DNA from: a virus
Taxonomy: Duplodnaviria > Caudoviricetes
Direction: 5' to 3' (one strand)
Virus record (IMG/VR): IMGVR_UViG_3300005758_000083
Span: 1-29,346 of that record
Length of the DNA: 29,346 nt
Position numbers and translations under genes: made by a program. Within the stretch, counting starts at the first letter, position 1. Each line of letters begins with the position of its first letter. This document shows, one piece after another, positions 1 through 8,952 of this stretch. The notes under the pieces were generated by a model, which was not told the origin of the DNA, made no database searches, and saw only the letters and a program-made list of their open reading frames with translations.

Positions 1-517
1 AGATGAACGTGATCGGATTCAGCGTGCCGGTGCCAAGATTGCCCGACAGAATCCGAACCTGAGTCGCCCCAGCAACCAGTGCCCCAAAAGAAGCGTTGGC
101 CGGATCCGACGAGTTAAACACCTGCAACTGCGCGTTGGTAGCGCTGCCACTCGGGATGACGCCAACGAACGTGCCGGAGTTAGCGGTGCTCGTCTGCACC
201 ATCAGTCGGCTAGAGACCGTGGCGTTGGTGAAGTCACCCGTGATCCGCAGGCCGCTGCCGTTGAACCCCAGGTTGCCTGTCAGCGTACCGCCAGCCAGGG
301 CAAGGAACGTGGACGACGCAGACCCAGAGGTCAGGTACGACGACATCCCGGCGATCGTCTGATACGTCGCCGCAGCGGTTGCGCTCAGCAGGTAGGGGGT
401 GAGATCCGACGAGACGAGCTTTTGCCCCAACTCCGTGTTGATGTTGGTGAAGTTGGCATCGACTTCCGCGTTGGTAAGCGCGGAGCCTTTGCCTGCCCGT
501 GTCGTGATGGACGCCAT
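1..517 (-). CDS. Tail fibre / receptor-binding protein, N-terminal part (runs off window)
   Basis: Hand-translated open frame from ATG 517: MASITTRAGKGSALTNAEVDANFTNINTELGQK...GGTLTGNL; typical tail-fibre N-terminus, G/S/T/A-rich; missing from ORF track because truncated. Confidence 0.75.
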   Translation of the reverse strand, partial: MASITTRAGKGSALTNAEVDANFTNINTELGQKLVSSDLTPYLLSATAAATYQTIAGMSSYLTSGSASSTFLALAGGTLTGNLGFNGSGLRITGDFTNATVSSRLMVQTSTANSGTFVGVIPSGSATNAQLQVFNSSDPANASFGALVAGATQVRILSGNLGTGTLNPITFI

Positions 518-540
518 ACCCTACCCCTGAGTGACTTGGA

Positions 541-984
541 TTAGCTGATGGTCACGGTCCAGGTGATCGACATCGAGTCGCCAGCTTCCTTGTTCACCAC
601 GGCAAACACGGTGCGGCACAGCATCGTGCCAGCCGAAGAAGCGTTGAAGATGCCCGCTTCAGCCACAGCACCAGTGCCCGTGCCAGCGGGGAACGTGGCA
701 ACGTAGACCGTCTGGTTATTGGTGACCGTGGTGGAGGTCAGCGCAACGCGACCCAGCTCGGTGCCCAGGCCAGTGTTGCCAGCAGCAGCAGCGGTGCTGC
801 CGGAGCCAACAGCCATGTGAGACATGGCGGCTTGGGTGGTGTCCTTCATGCGCGAAGCGATGAAGCCAAGGCCGGTCGTGACGACCAGGTTCTTGACCTC
901 TTGCTCGGCCTTCAGGACGCCATCAGCGCCACGGACTTCGATCTTCAAAGCGCCGGTGGCCTTAATCAGTTCATTGGTGTTCAT
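541..984 (-). CDS. Virion structural (tail-associated) protein
   Basis: 147 aa; NLVVTTG..MAVGSG..ELGRVAL..EAGIFN..ITWTVT pattern common in phage tail modules; RBS GAGG. Confidence 0.7.
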   Translation of the reverse strand: MNTNELIKATGALKIEVRGADGVLKAEQEVKNLVVTTGLGFIASRMKDTTQAAMSHMAVGSGSTAAAAGNTGLGTELGRVALTSTTVTNNQTVYVATFPAGTGTGAVAEAGIFNASSAGTMLCRTVFAVVNKEAGDSMSITWTVTIS

Positions 985-994
985 GAGTTACCTC

Positions 995-2146
995 TCAAAA
1001 GTTGAAACGAGCCCCGACATAGTCCTCTGCGAAGTAACTGAGGTCGCAGTACCCTTGGCTCACAACCAGCCCCGTGTCGGACGTCGTAGCTGGATGGGAG
1101 AGGCTTTTGGCGTATGCCTTGATGGCTGCATCCGAAGATGCCGCCGCATCGGCTAACACCCTGGCGAGCGCCTTGGTCGCCGCATCGTTGGCCGCACTTG
1201 CGTCGGCGAGGATCTTAGAGACAGCACGAGAGGCGGCGTCAGTAGCGCCAGCTCCGTCGCTGTACGAGTTGTTCGCGGCGGCGGCAATGCTTGCGGCATC
1301 CACTGCGGACACCATGTCAAACAGAGCCTTGACGAATTCCTTGGTCGACGTATCCACCGCACCAGCCGAGTCTTGCTTCGTCATTGCGCCGGATGATGTG
1401 ACATTGGCTGTATCGACCGCGCTCACGGCATCGAACAGAACCTTGAACACGCTGCGGCTTGCGGCATCCGAAGCCGTTGCTGCTTCCTGGATGCCACGCA
1501 GAAGGCTGAACGCCTGCTGGTCAGAGGTCGAGGCGTTGTCGACTCGAGGCTTGGCGTTGGTCTCTACAGACTGATCGGCAACAGACGCCGAATCACTGAC
1601 CGAGCGACTCACGGAACGCCGTGCCACGTCGGTGGCCGCAGCCACATCAGCCAGACTCTTGGCAACGTGCCGGATTCTTGTATCCAGGGCGGTGACCAAG
1701 TCGACAGGCGACTGGGTGTTGGTGGCGGGGTTGACCAGCAAGGCGACGGTATCGACCACCGTGACCGAGTCAGCCAGACGCTTGATGAAGCCCTTGGTGT
1801 TGACGGCATCAGATGCAGCGACAGTCTCGGCAACAGATTTGCCCAGACCCTTGACCGCCACATCGAGCTTGGTGACGGAATCTGTCAGCGACCGGCTAAA
1901 GCCCTTGGCCACAGCATCGGCTGCGTTGCCAACATCGTTGAGCGCCTTGGTCATGCTGCGCGTCAAGGCATCTGAGGTCGAAACAGTTTCAGAGGCGAGC
2001 ACCGTCTTGATGAACACACCGAGAGTGGCCGTGGCACGCAACAGCGATACCCGAGCCGCAGCGGTGAGCTCAGTAGACGAAGCAGCGGCCTTGATCGAGC
2101 TAAGCGCCCGAGCTGCCGCCTTGAGGATGCCCGCCCCGTCACTCAC
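995..2146 (-). CDS. Repeat-rich virion protein (~18-19 aa repeats)
   Basis: GTG 2146 overlaps upstream TGA (GTGA coupling); A/S/D/V-rich repeats KxLxDxxxxxD; aromatic C-terminus GYCDLSYFAEDYVG. Confidence 0.65.
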   Translation of the reverse strand: MSDGAGILKAAARALSSIKAAASSTELTAAARVSLLRATATLGVFIKTVLASETVSTSDALTRSMTKALNDVGNAADAVAKGFSRSLTDSVTKLDVAVKGLGKSVAETVAASDAVNTKGFIKRLADSVTVVDTVALLVNPATNTQSPVDLVTALDTRIRHVAKSLADVAAATDVARRSVSRSVSDSASVADQSVETNAKPRVDNASTSDQQAFSLLRGIQEAATASDAASRSVFKVLFDAVSAVDTANVTSSGAMTKQDSAGAVDTSTKEFVKALFDMVSAVDAASIAAAANNSYSDGAGATDAASRAVSKILADASAANDAATKALARVLADAAASSDAAIKAYAKSLSHPATTSDTGLVVSQGYCDLSYFAEDYVGARFNF

Positions 2147-2472
2147 GAGAAGTCCTCGCGCACCTTGAACTTCAGCAGTTCGTAAACGGTCTGCCGAGCC
2201 CCGTTGGAGAAGGTCACCTCGACCTCCCCCTCGTAGTCGCCCGGATCGACGTTGAGCGTCGTCGGACCCCAAGAAAACACCAGCTGACCGTTGGGGCCGT
2301 TGAGCACCGCGCCGACCAGGGACGCCAACGACACCGTCGCGCCGAGTGAGCGAAAGCGCATCAGCGCAGAGGCACCCGTCACGTCCACCGGCAAACCAGT
2401 CACCTCATCGGTGAGGGTCACCAGGACCTGCGGTAGCGTGTCGCCTTGAACGAGCTTGATCTTCTCGGCCAT
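2143..2472 (-). CDS. BppU-N-like tail/baseplate adaptor protein
   Basis: 109 aa beta-rich; IKLVQGDT...GDYEGEVEVTF...FKVREDF pattern. Confidence 0.6.
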   Translation of the reverse strand: MAEKIKLVQGDTLPQVLVTLTDEVTGLPVDVTGASALMRFRSLGATVSLASLVGAVLNGPNGQLVFSWGPTTLNVDPGDYEGEVEVTFSNGARQTVYELLKFKVREDFS

Positions 2473-2473
2473 C

Positions 2474-3127
2474 TCAGATCCTTCTCATCTGCACCCGCAG
2501 GTTTGCCCGGGTGTAGCCACGGCTGGCCTTCTGGCGAGCCTCATTGATGCCGACCATGTACTTGGTCGTGTTGATTGGTGCGAACTTGGGGTTCGAGTAC
2601 GCCTTGCCGGGGCTCATCTGGAGACGAGCCACAGCGCCAGCGGCGATCGGCTCAACCCACTGCTCGTAGAACAGGTCGTTGCAGGTAGTCGAGCTACGCA
2701 GCGGAGCCAAAGCAATACGCAGCGTCACGGCATTCACCAGTGACTGCTCGGGGATCGGAAACAAAGAGAATGTGTTCGGATCCTTCTGGAGGTACGCGCG
2801 TGGCGTGGCGTACTGCGTCTGGTAGTTGCCGACCCGCTGGTTGTAGACCGTGGGATCGCGGATCTCGTCGGGGGCCGCAGGGTCCAGCTCGGCACCGGAG
2901 TACCAGAGCTTCATGATCTTGATGATCCTGGTGTCGGTGACCGGGGTCTCGAGGTCGTAGTCAGGAACCTTGGCCACAGCAGAAACCGGGTCGTGATCCA
3001 CCTGATGGATCAGTGTCCGCTCAGCGAACTCGATGACCGTGTCCTTGATGGCCTGGGTGGCCAGGAGTTCGGAGCAACCCGTGACTTCTGGCAGCACTCG
3101 TGAGAGAAAGTCGTCGTAGCTCGCCAC
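2474..3127 (-). CDS. Phage adaptor / head-tail connector-like protein
   Basis: 217 aa, position after capsid cluster; IAAGAVARLQMSPGKAYSNP motif typical of podovirus adaptor-like proteins. Confidence 0.6.
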   Translation of the reverse strand: MASYDDFLSRVLPEVTGCSELLATQAIKDTVIEFAERTLIHQVDHDPVSAVAKVPDYDLETPVTDTRIIKIMKLWYSGAELDPAAPDEIRDPTVYNQRVGNYQTQYATPRAYLQKDPNTFSLFPIPEQSLVNAVTLRIALAPLRSSTTCNDLFYEQWVEPIAAGAVARLQMSPGKAYSNPKFAPINTTKYMVGINEARQKASRGYTRANLRVQMRRI

Positions 3128-3128
3128 G

Positions 3129-3809
3129 TCACACTCCGCCTACTTGGAGGGCTGCTGCGTTGGGATTCGCGCCCTTGCTGTTGAGCTCCGGGGAGAAGCC
3201 AACGTCCTTCTGAGTCTTCACGCCAAGCATCGCCAGGCTTGCCTGGAGGTAGCCGGAGGACAGGACAGCGTTCTGCCCGTACTCGGCCTCCTTGCCGTAG
3301 GCGCGGTGCAGGACGTAGTTGAGAAGCGGATCCTCGTACAGGTCTTGAATCGACAGCGTGGACGAGCTGGTCGTCGCGTCAGTCGGGTTCTTGGCGTACA
3401 GGATCTCTAGCTTCGAGGTGTTCTTGGCTGGGGGGTAGACGTAGAAGTGAGTCGGGTCACGACCGTCATAGACCCAGTTCTTGACCGAGTCAGCCTGGGC
3501 GTGGGTGTGCCAGTCGGTCATCACGTCCAGGGTTTCCCGATCGACGTAGCGCACCGCACGACCGGCAGCGTTGTTGGCCCCGATGTTGCGGACGACGTCC
3601 AGCAGCCGAGAGCCGTCAGCCGGTAGCGTCTGCTTGGTGCCAGCCGCCAGGGTGAGAACAGCGTTCTCGCTGACCGAGTCAGGACGAACCAAGGCGATCA
3701 CACGCTGGCCGCTGTTGATCCAGCTGATCAGCTCGGAATCCGTCCAGCGGGTTCCGTCTGCGTCGTTGAGTACCGTCCGTGCTCGAGTGATGATGGCGCT
3801 GGCCTGCAT
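3129..3809 (-). CDS. DUF6682-like head-tail adaptor protein
   Basis: 226 aa; LND...RWTDSELISWIN.GQ...RPD and FYVYPP, LLNYVLHRAY.KEAE motifs. Confidence 0.7.
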   Translation of the reverse strand: MQASAIITRARTVLNDADGTRWTDSELISWINSGQRVIALVRPDSVSENAVLTLAAGTKQTLPADGSRLLDVVRNIGANNAAGRAVRYVDRETLDVMTDWHTHAQADSVKNWVYDGRDPTHFYVYPPAKNTSKLEILYAKNPTDATTSSSTLSIQDLYEDPLLNYVLHRAYGKEAEYGQNAVLSSGYLQASLAMLGVKTQKDVGFSPELNSKGANPNAAALQVGGV

Positions 3810-3817
3810 CTAGTCCC

Positions 3818-4129
3818 TCACCAGAGAACCTTGCGAGCCCAATGGTTCGCGCTGAATACGTCGTCCTTGGTCGGCTTGCCATCTTTGCCCTTGATCCCGG
3901 CAGACCGGGCAAGGTAGTTGGCTCGACGCTCAGGATCCTTGTGCTGGGTGAAGTCCTCCATGCCACGCAGGCCGAACCTCACCAGCTTCACTTCGTCACC
4001 CTTCTTGGCCAGCACCATCTTCTTTTCTTTGGCACCAGCCGGGGCATTCTTCGGCTTGTTGAAACCGTCAAACTCGTGGCCTCGATACACGAGCTTTCCA
4101 CCCTCACGCTTGACGTCACTTGCCTTCAT
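3818..4129 (-). CDS. Small basic protein, DUF5754-like
   Basis: 103 aa; FG..GMEDFTQHKD.ERR.NYLAR...SANHWARKVLW pattern. Confidence 0.6.
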   Translation of the reverse strand: MKASDVKREGGKLVYRGHEFDGFNKPKNAPAGAKEKKMVLAKKGDEVKLVRFGLRGMEDFTQHKDPERRANYLARSAGIKGKDGKPTKDDVFSANHWARKVLW

Positions 4130-4365
4130 TTGCGGGTCTTCCTCTTCAGGACTGCCTTGGCCATCTCTGCGGCAGAGATCTCTGCTACAGGACTCTCGAC
4201 GGGCTGAGGCTCAGGCTCTGGATCCACAGGCAGATCCACAGGCTGAGTATCAGAAACACGGTGTAGAGCAGGCGGCTCATACGGCTCCATGTCTGGCCGG
4301 TCGGCCAGGATTGGAGTCCAGACATAGATGTGCCCCGACCCCTTCTGCTTCAGAAGTCTTGTCAT
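4126..4365 (-). CDS. Hypothetical protein downstream of capsid gene
   Basis: 79 aa; ATGA overlap with next gene; Pro/Glu-rich middle and basic tail. Confidence 0.65.
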   Translation of the reverse strand: MTRLLKQKGSGHIYVWTPILADRPDMEPYEPPALHRVSDTQPVDLPVDPEPEPQPVESPVAEISAAEMAKAVLKRKTRK

Positions 4366-4381
4366 GCTCGGATTATTAGAG

Positions 4382-4403
4382 AGGCGGGGCCGTAGCCCCG
4401 CCT
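4382..4403 (-). terminator. Hairpin after major capsid gene (terminator/attenuator)
   Basis: 9-bp stem AGGCGGGGC/GCCCCGCCT with c(UACG)g loop on minus strand; weak U tract, so probably partial termination. Confidence 0.55.
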
Positions 4404-4418
4404 TTCACAGATGGGCTA

Positions 4419-5426
4419 TCAGCCCTTCTTCACGTAGCCAGCAACCAGAGCCTCAGGCTTGGTGACCTTGAAGCCGTACACGTTCAGGCCGCGCATGATG
4501 TTGCCGAACGTGTTCTGCGCACGGAGCGTTTCCACGTCGGTAATCTGCGAAGCGAACGAGATGGCGTCACGGGTACCAGCCATGATGTTCCAGGCCTGAG
4601 AGTCAGCAGCGCCACCGGTACCACCAGCAGCAGCGTCCGAACCCAGGTCGGTCACCTTGGTCAGGTTGTTGGACACGTAGACCGTGAAGCGGTCGATCTC
4701 ACCGATCTTGCCGTTACGCAGAGGCGTCACGGAGTCACCGGTCAGGTAGGCCTGCTTCAGGTCAGAGCGCTTGATCATCGAGGACATCCACGAGGGGATG
4801 ACCAACCAACGACCGGTCTCGGGCACGTTCTGCTCGTCCAGGGCGAGGCCCATGTCGAGGATCATGTCGAGGACGGTGGCGGTGGTAACAGCGCGGGGAG
4901 CGCCGGTAGCACCCAGGTTGATGTCGCCGGAGATAGCACCAGCGGTAGCGCCCTTGTTGGCCGCGGCAGCGTCGGCAAAAGCCGAACCCAGCACATCGGC
5001 GTCGATGGCGATCTTCATCTGCTCAGCGGCGTCGTTGGTGAACATGTCCATCAACTTGACGTCAGCTTGCACAGCGTCCACATCGTCCACCACCACGGAG
5101 AAGTACTTGCCGTAGTCGATCGAGAGCGTCGTCGGGGTAGACGTCGGCACCTCGTTCGTCAGGTTCATACCCTTGGTGTAGGAACGAATGGTGATCGTCG
5201 GGATGGCGCGGATGGTTACCTTGTCGCCTTGACCCTTGATCTCGCCTTCCCAGTCGTTGTTGGTGATCTCACCCAGGACGGTGGACTTGTAGAACTTCAC
5301 CTGGAGCTTGCCCGAGAACAGCTCCGGAATGAACTTCGACGCGCCACCACCAGCGGTGGAGTACTGGGGGTAGTTGGTGCCCGACGGCAGGAGAGCGGTC
5401 GGGCTATTGGTTGCGCTTACAGGCAT
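4419..5426 (-). CDS. Major capsid protein
   Basis: 335 aa; FIPELFSGKL..KFY...TNNDWEGEIKGQGDKV, LDEQNVP..GRW, GLNVYG..V.KPEAL coat motifs; follows scaffold. Confidence 0.9.
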   Translation of the reverse strand: MPVSATNSPTALLPSGTNYPQYSTAGGGASKFIPELFSGKLQVKFYKSTVLGEITNNDWEGEIKGQGDKVTIRAIPTITIRSYTKGMNLTNEVPTSTPTTLSIDYGKYFSVVVDDVDAVQADVKLMDMFTNDAAEQMKIAIDADVLGSAFADAAAANKGATAGAISGDINLGATGAPRAVTTATVLDMILDMGLALDEQNVPETGRWLVIPSWMSSMIKRSDLKQAYLTGDSVTPLRNGKIGEIDRFTVYVSNNLTKVTDLGSDAAAGGTGGAADSQAWNIMAGTRDAISFASQITDVETLRAQNTFGNIMRGLNVYGFKVTKPEALVAGYVKKG

Positions 5427-5467
5427 GATTTAACCTCGTCAGTCTGTGGCAACCAATTGACGGGGAG

Positions 5468-6415
5468 TCAGCGGACTCGTCCTTCGCCAATGGCTGCCGT
5501 GATATCAGCTTCTATGGCAAGCGCATCGTTGTCCGAGATCTCGTTACGTCGTACCCGAGCGTAGAACTCTGCAATCTCTGCTCGCGTGTAGAAACGCTTG
5601 GCAGGAGGCGCAGAGGCCTGTCGTCCCGTGTCCGGCGCGACTTGAGTCTCAAGACTCCGGTTCGCGGTTGCCGCCCACGATTGACTTGCACGCTTGTACG
5701 CATTGAAGAACTTGGCTACCCGATCCGCATCTCTGTCAGCCTCGGCTTGCGCCAGGAGGTCTTGACGACGGATCCCCGTCAAATCGTCAAGCTCGTTGAG
5801 CCATTTGTGGAAGTTCTTGTCGTCGTTGACCGTGACCCAGTCGGAGACTTTGTCGTTCAACGCGGTGTAGAAATCCACCTCAACGTTCTTGGTCGTCTTG
5901 TTCGAGAGCTGCTGCACCATCTCCCGCAGTTCGGTGATCTGGGCGTCCTTCTCTGCCAGCTCTTCTCGAGCGGCTCGACGGACGACGTCGATCAGTTCCG
6001 AACCGAATGTCTCGACTTCTTCGGGCTTGACCAGCTGAGCCTTGGCTTGCGGAGCTTGCTTCAATCTTTCGATCGAGGCCTCAAGATCCTTGAGCTTCGT
6101 CTTCAGTTCCCGGTTGTCTGCCGCCAGTCGAGGCACTTCCGATGAGTACTTACCGGCCAGAACCTTGTAGCGGTGTTCCCAGGTCTGCTGCTGAGGGTCT
6201 TCCTCTTGGGTCTCGGGCTTTTGGCCGTCGTCCTGGTTGGCAGCAGGCTCCTGCGAGCCGTTGGGTTCAGGCTTCTGCAATCCGTTCGGCGGAACCTCAG
6301 GTTCTGGTGCCGGGGCGGGTGCAGGTGCGGCGTTCCCATCTTGGGTTCCGTACACAGCCTCGTAGAGTTTGTTCGCCTGTTCTTCCTGTTCCAGTACTGC
6401 GCGTGGCAAGTTCAT
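5468..6415 (-). CDS. Capsid scaffolding protein
   Basis: 315 aa; acidic/Pro N-terminus, WEHRYK.L.GKY coiled coil, C-terminal A..EGRV; immediately upstream of capsid gene. Confidence 0.8.
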   Translation of the reverse strand: MNLPRAVLEQEEQANKLYEAVYGTQDGNAAPAPAPAPEPEVPPNGLQKPEPNGSQEPAANQDDGQKPETQEEDPQQQTWEHRYKVLAGKYSSEVPRLAADNRELKTKLKDLEASIERLKQAPQAKAQLVKPEEVETFGSELIDVVRRAAREELAEKDAQITELREMVQQLSNKTTKNVEVDFYTALNDKVSDWVTVNDDKNFHKWLNELDDLTGIRRQDLLAQAEADRDADRVAKFFNAYKRASQSWAATANRSLETQVAPDTGRQASAPPAKRFYTRAEIAEFYARVRRNEISDNDALAIEADITAAIGEGRVR

Positions 6416-6525
6416 TTCAACTCCGTGAGCCGCTGATACCCGACGACGAGCCTATGATGGTGTTCGTCCCGAAGTACCGAATGCGGTCTTCTCCGGTTCC
6501 CGGGAAACGCCCGGGGCGCTTGCAA

Positions 6526-6756
6526 TCAACGATTGCGGATTAGTGACCTCGCTCGACCAGCGTAATCACTGAGGAAGTCCAGGGCCTGGTATGCGCCTTG
6601 GTACCACCGGTTCAGTACATCGTCCCGGGAGTCCATCGACAGCTTCACCAGCTCCTGCTTCGACTCAGCAATCCACGTCTTGATCACTTCGAAGTCGTGG
6701 TTACCCTCTAGCGAAGCAAACGCTGAGATCACCCGTTCGTCGGGTTTCTTCAGCAT
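6526..6756 (-). CDS. Small head-module protein between portal and scaffold
   Basis: 76 aa helical with RWYQG motif; typical podovirus position. Confidence 0.7.
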   Translation of the reverse strand: MLKKPDERVISAFASLEGNHDFEVIKTWIAESKQELVKLSMDSRDDVLNRWYQGAYQALDFLSDYAGRARSLIRNR

Positions 6757-6939
6757 TTACTTCTTCATGTCCTTGCGGTTCCAGTCGGCAACGTAGCCGG
6801 GGCCGCATCCGCTGCCCACCATGCCACCGTCTGCGTACTTCTTAACCGGCTTCTTGACCTTGCCGCCATCGGCATACATGCCCGCAGGCGTCACGCCCTT
6901 CTTCATCGGCATCGGCTTCTTGTTCATCATGTCAGTCAC
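6757..6939 (-). CDS. Small basic protein with two YADGG motifs
   Basis: ~60 aa K/M/G-rich; start GTG 6939 or ATG 6930; stop directly abuts next ATG. Confidence 0.65.
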   Translation of the reverse strand: MTDMMNKKPMPMKKGVTPAGMYADGGKVKKPVKKYADGGMVGSGCGPGYVADWNRKDMKK

Positions 6940-6954
6940 CTCTAGTACGAATTG

Positions 6955-8949
6955 TCATTGAACGACGTTTGCGTCCGTGCCCCCGGCAGGATTACCGGCT
7001 GCATCGGTAGTGACAGGCGCAGGCGGTTGACCACCACCCTGAGCCATCTGAGCCATCTGCTCCTCTTGCTGTTTGGCCATCTTGAACTTGAGCTCCTCAG
7101 GCGACGGCACGATCTTGCTGGTGTCCATCTGGAGCGCCTTGGCGTTCTCACGCAGCAGGTAGGCGCGGCCTTCGGCTCCGATGATCTGGAGATCCACCGG
7201 GTTGGCTGTCGCGGCCAGGAACTCGTTGCGACGGATCTGGAGCTGCTCGCGCATGACCAGGCCCAGCGTTCCCTTGCCCACCACCTTGAAGTCGCCTTTG
7301 ATGTACGGGTCGGGGTGGTACATCATGTTGTGGACGTACAACCGCTCGACCACACCGATGACGGCCTGGTCGGTTGCAGCGATCGCCTGCTTGATGCCCT
7401 TGCTCGCGTTGTCCATCAGCATTGACAGACCGGAAGCCGTGCGTCCTGCGCCAGCCACAGCGCTGGAGCCGTAGACGTAGTTCGGGATCCCGGTGATCTC
7501 GTCGGCCTGCCGCATGAAGGTCATGTAGACGTTCATGAGCGACTCGGCATTCATGTTCGGCTGGAAGAACTTCACCGCAGGCTGTCCGCCGCCAGTGCGA
7601 TCGGAGGTGACCTGGAAGATCCGCCACGGGTGCATGGTCGTGATCTGCTCGCCGTCGGCCAGTCGATCGACAACCACCTCAGCCATCGGGCCGGAGGCCA
7701 GGCCCATGTTGTTCGCCAGAGAACGAGCCGCGGCGTTACACATGACCTGCACGTCACGCATGATCTCGGCCAGAGCCACGCCCCAGAACGCGCCAGGGAT
7801 GGACTCCCACTGCGCGATGTCGTACGGACGACGACCCAGGGGATCCGGATTGACCACCGCCTTGATGACGTAGCTGCCGACGATCCAGGCGTTGACCTCG
7901 TACTCCTTGTACGGATCGACGCCCTTCATGCCCCAGTCCAGGAGCATCTGGCCGGACACCGGGCCCCAGAACTCCAAGGCCTCGATCGTGTTGTCACGGT
8001 ACAGGCGGGAGTGCGGCTTGCCTTCCAGGTCGTCGCGCTGCTGGTCGCCGTACTCGTAGTAGCGCAGGCCACGCTCACCGTAGTGGTCGAGGGCGCGCTG
8101 GATGTTCTCGTCGCTGTAGCCCGGGACACCCAGGAGAGCAGACAAGCTCGAGCGGCGCAGACGGTGACGCTGGATCAGGTAGCCGTCGTTGGGCCCAGTC
8201 GAGTTGGGCGAGGGGAAGATGTCGAACGGAGAGACACGCTCGGTCTCCCGGTTGAAATCGTTGACGACGACCGGCGTGAAGTTCGGGCCCCACTCCAGGC
8301 GCTTCTTCTTGCGCACGGTCGGACCCTTGAGGATCGCCGTTGGGTAGGTGACGAAGTCATCCAAGAACTCGTCATACGCCTTTGCCCAACCTCCATGTGA
8401 GAGTTGGTCTTCGATGACTCCCTCGTGTCGATAGGCCGCTGTCTTGGCCTCTTCACGCATCTTGATCATGATCTCGTCGTGAACTTCTTGAGACCGGATG
8501 CGGAAGGCTTCGGGGTGAATCGCCGCTCCCTGCGCCAGGAACTCCTCAGCCTCAGCTCGCACGAGGTCAGCGATAGACGCCGAGATCTCGGGAGGCAGCT
8601 TAGGGTTTTCCGCAGGTTCGAGCGCGAACTGGCGATCGCCGTTGGTGGTGGAGACGTCCTTGATCCAGCTCTTGGCGGCACGGCACTTGATGTCCGTGAG
8701 CATCATGTAGATGTCGGATCCACCGGTGGCCGCGATCTCGTTGGCCTTGTCGGGGTCGTATTCGCCGCGCCGTTGGCGTTCGCAACGCAGAAGCCGATCG
8801 GTGATCGGCATCTTGGCGAACTTGGCTCGAGACCAAGCGTCGTTGATGTGTTTGGCCAGGGCCGACTCAATGAGGTCTGAGTTAGGGATTTCCCCACCCA
8901 TCACCTCAGCTTTGACTTCGGCCTCCACTGGAGGAGCGGCTTGATACAT
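6955..8949 (-). CDS. Portal protein
   Basis: 664 aa directly after terL; FWGVAL.E.MRDVQ..CN, ADEITGIP, RTASGLSMLM motifs of podovirus portals. Confidence 0.9.
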   Translation of the reverse strand: MYQAAPPVEAEVKAEVMGGEIPNSDLIESALAKHINDAWSRAKFAKMPITDRLLRCERQRRGEYDPDKANEIAATGGSDIYMMLTDIKCRAAKSWIKDVSTTNGDRQFALEPAENPKLPPEISASIADLVRAEAEEFLAQGAAIHPEAFRIRSQEVHDEIMIKMREEAKTAAYRHEGVIEDQLSHGGWAKAYDEFLDDFVTYPTAILKGPTVRKKKRLEWGPNFTPVVVNDFNRETERVSPFDIFPSPNSTGPNDGYLIQRHRLRRSSLSALLGVPGYSDENIQRALDHYGERGLRYYEYGDQQRDDLEGKPHSRLYRDNTIEALEFWGPVSGQMLLDWGMKGVDPYKEYEVNAWIVGSYVIKAVVNPDPLGRRPYDIAQWESIPGAFWGVALAEIMRDVQVMCNAAARSLANNMGLASGPMAEVVVDRLADGEQITTMHPWRIFQVTSDRTGGGQPAVKFFQPNMNAESLMNVYMTFMRQADEITGIPNYVYGSSAVAGAGRTASGLSMLMDNASKGIKQAIAATDQAVIGVVERLYVHNMMYHPDPYIKGDFKVVGKGTLGLVMREQLQIRRNEFLAATANPVDLQIIGAEGRAYLLRENAKALQMDTSKIVPSPEELKFKMAKQQEEQMAQMAQGGGQPPAPVTTDAAGNPAGGTDANVVQ

Positions 8950-8952
8950 GGC

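Noticed and set aside
1-517. Diversity-generating retroelement target
   Set aside because: No reverse transcriptase or TR/VR pair in the window; fibre C-terminus not visible.
2147-2272. Longer start for the repeat protein
   Set aside because: Overlaps the upstream gene; GTGA coupling at 2146 is more plausible.
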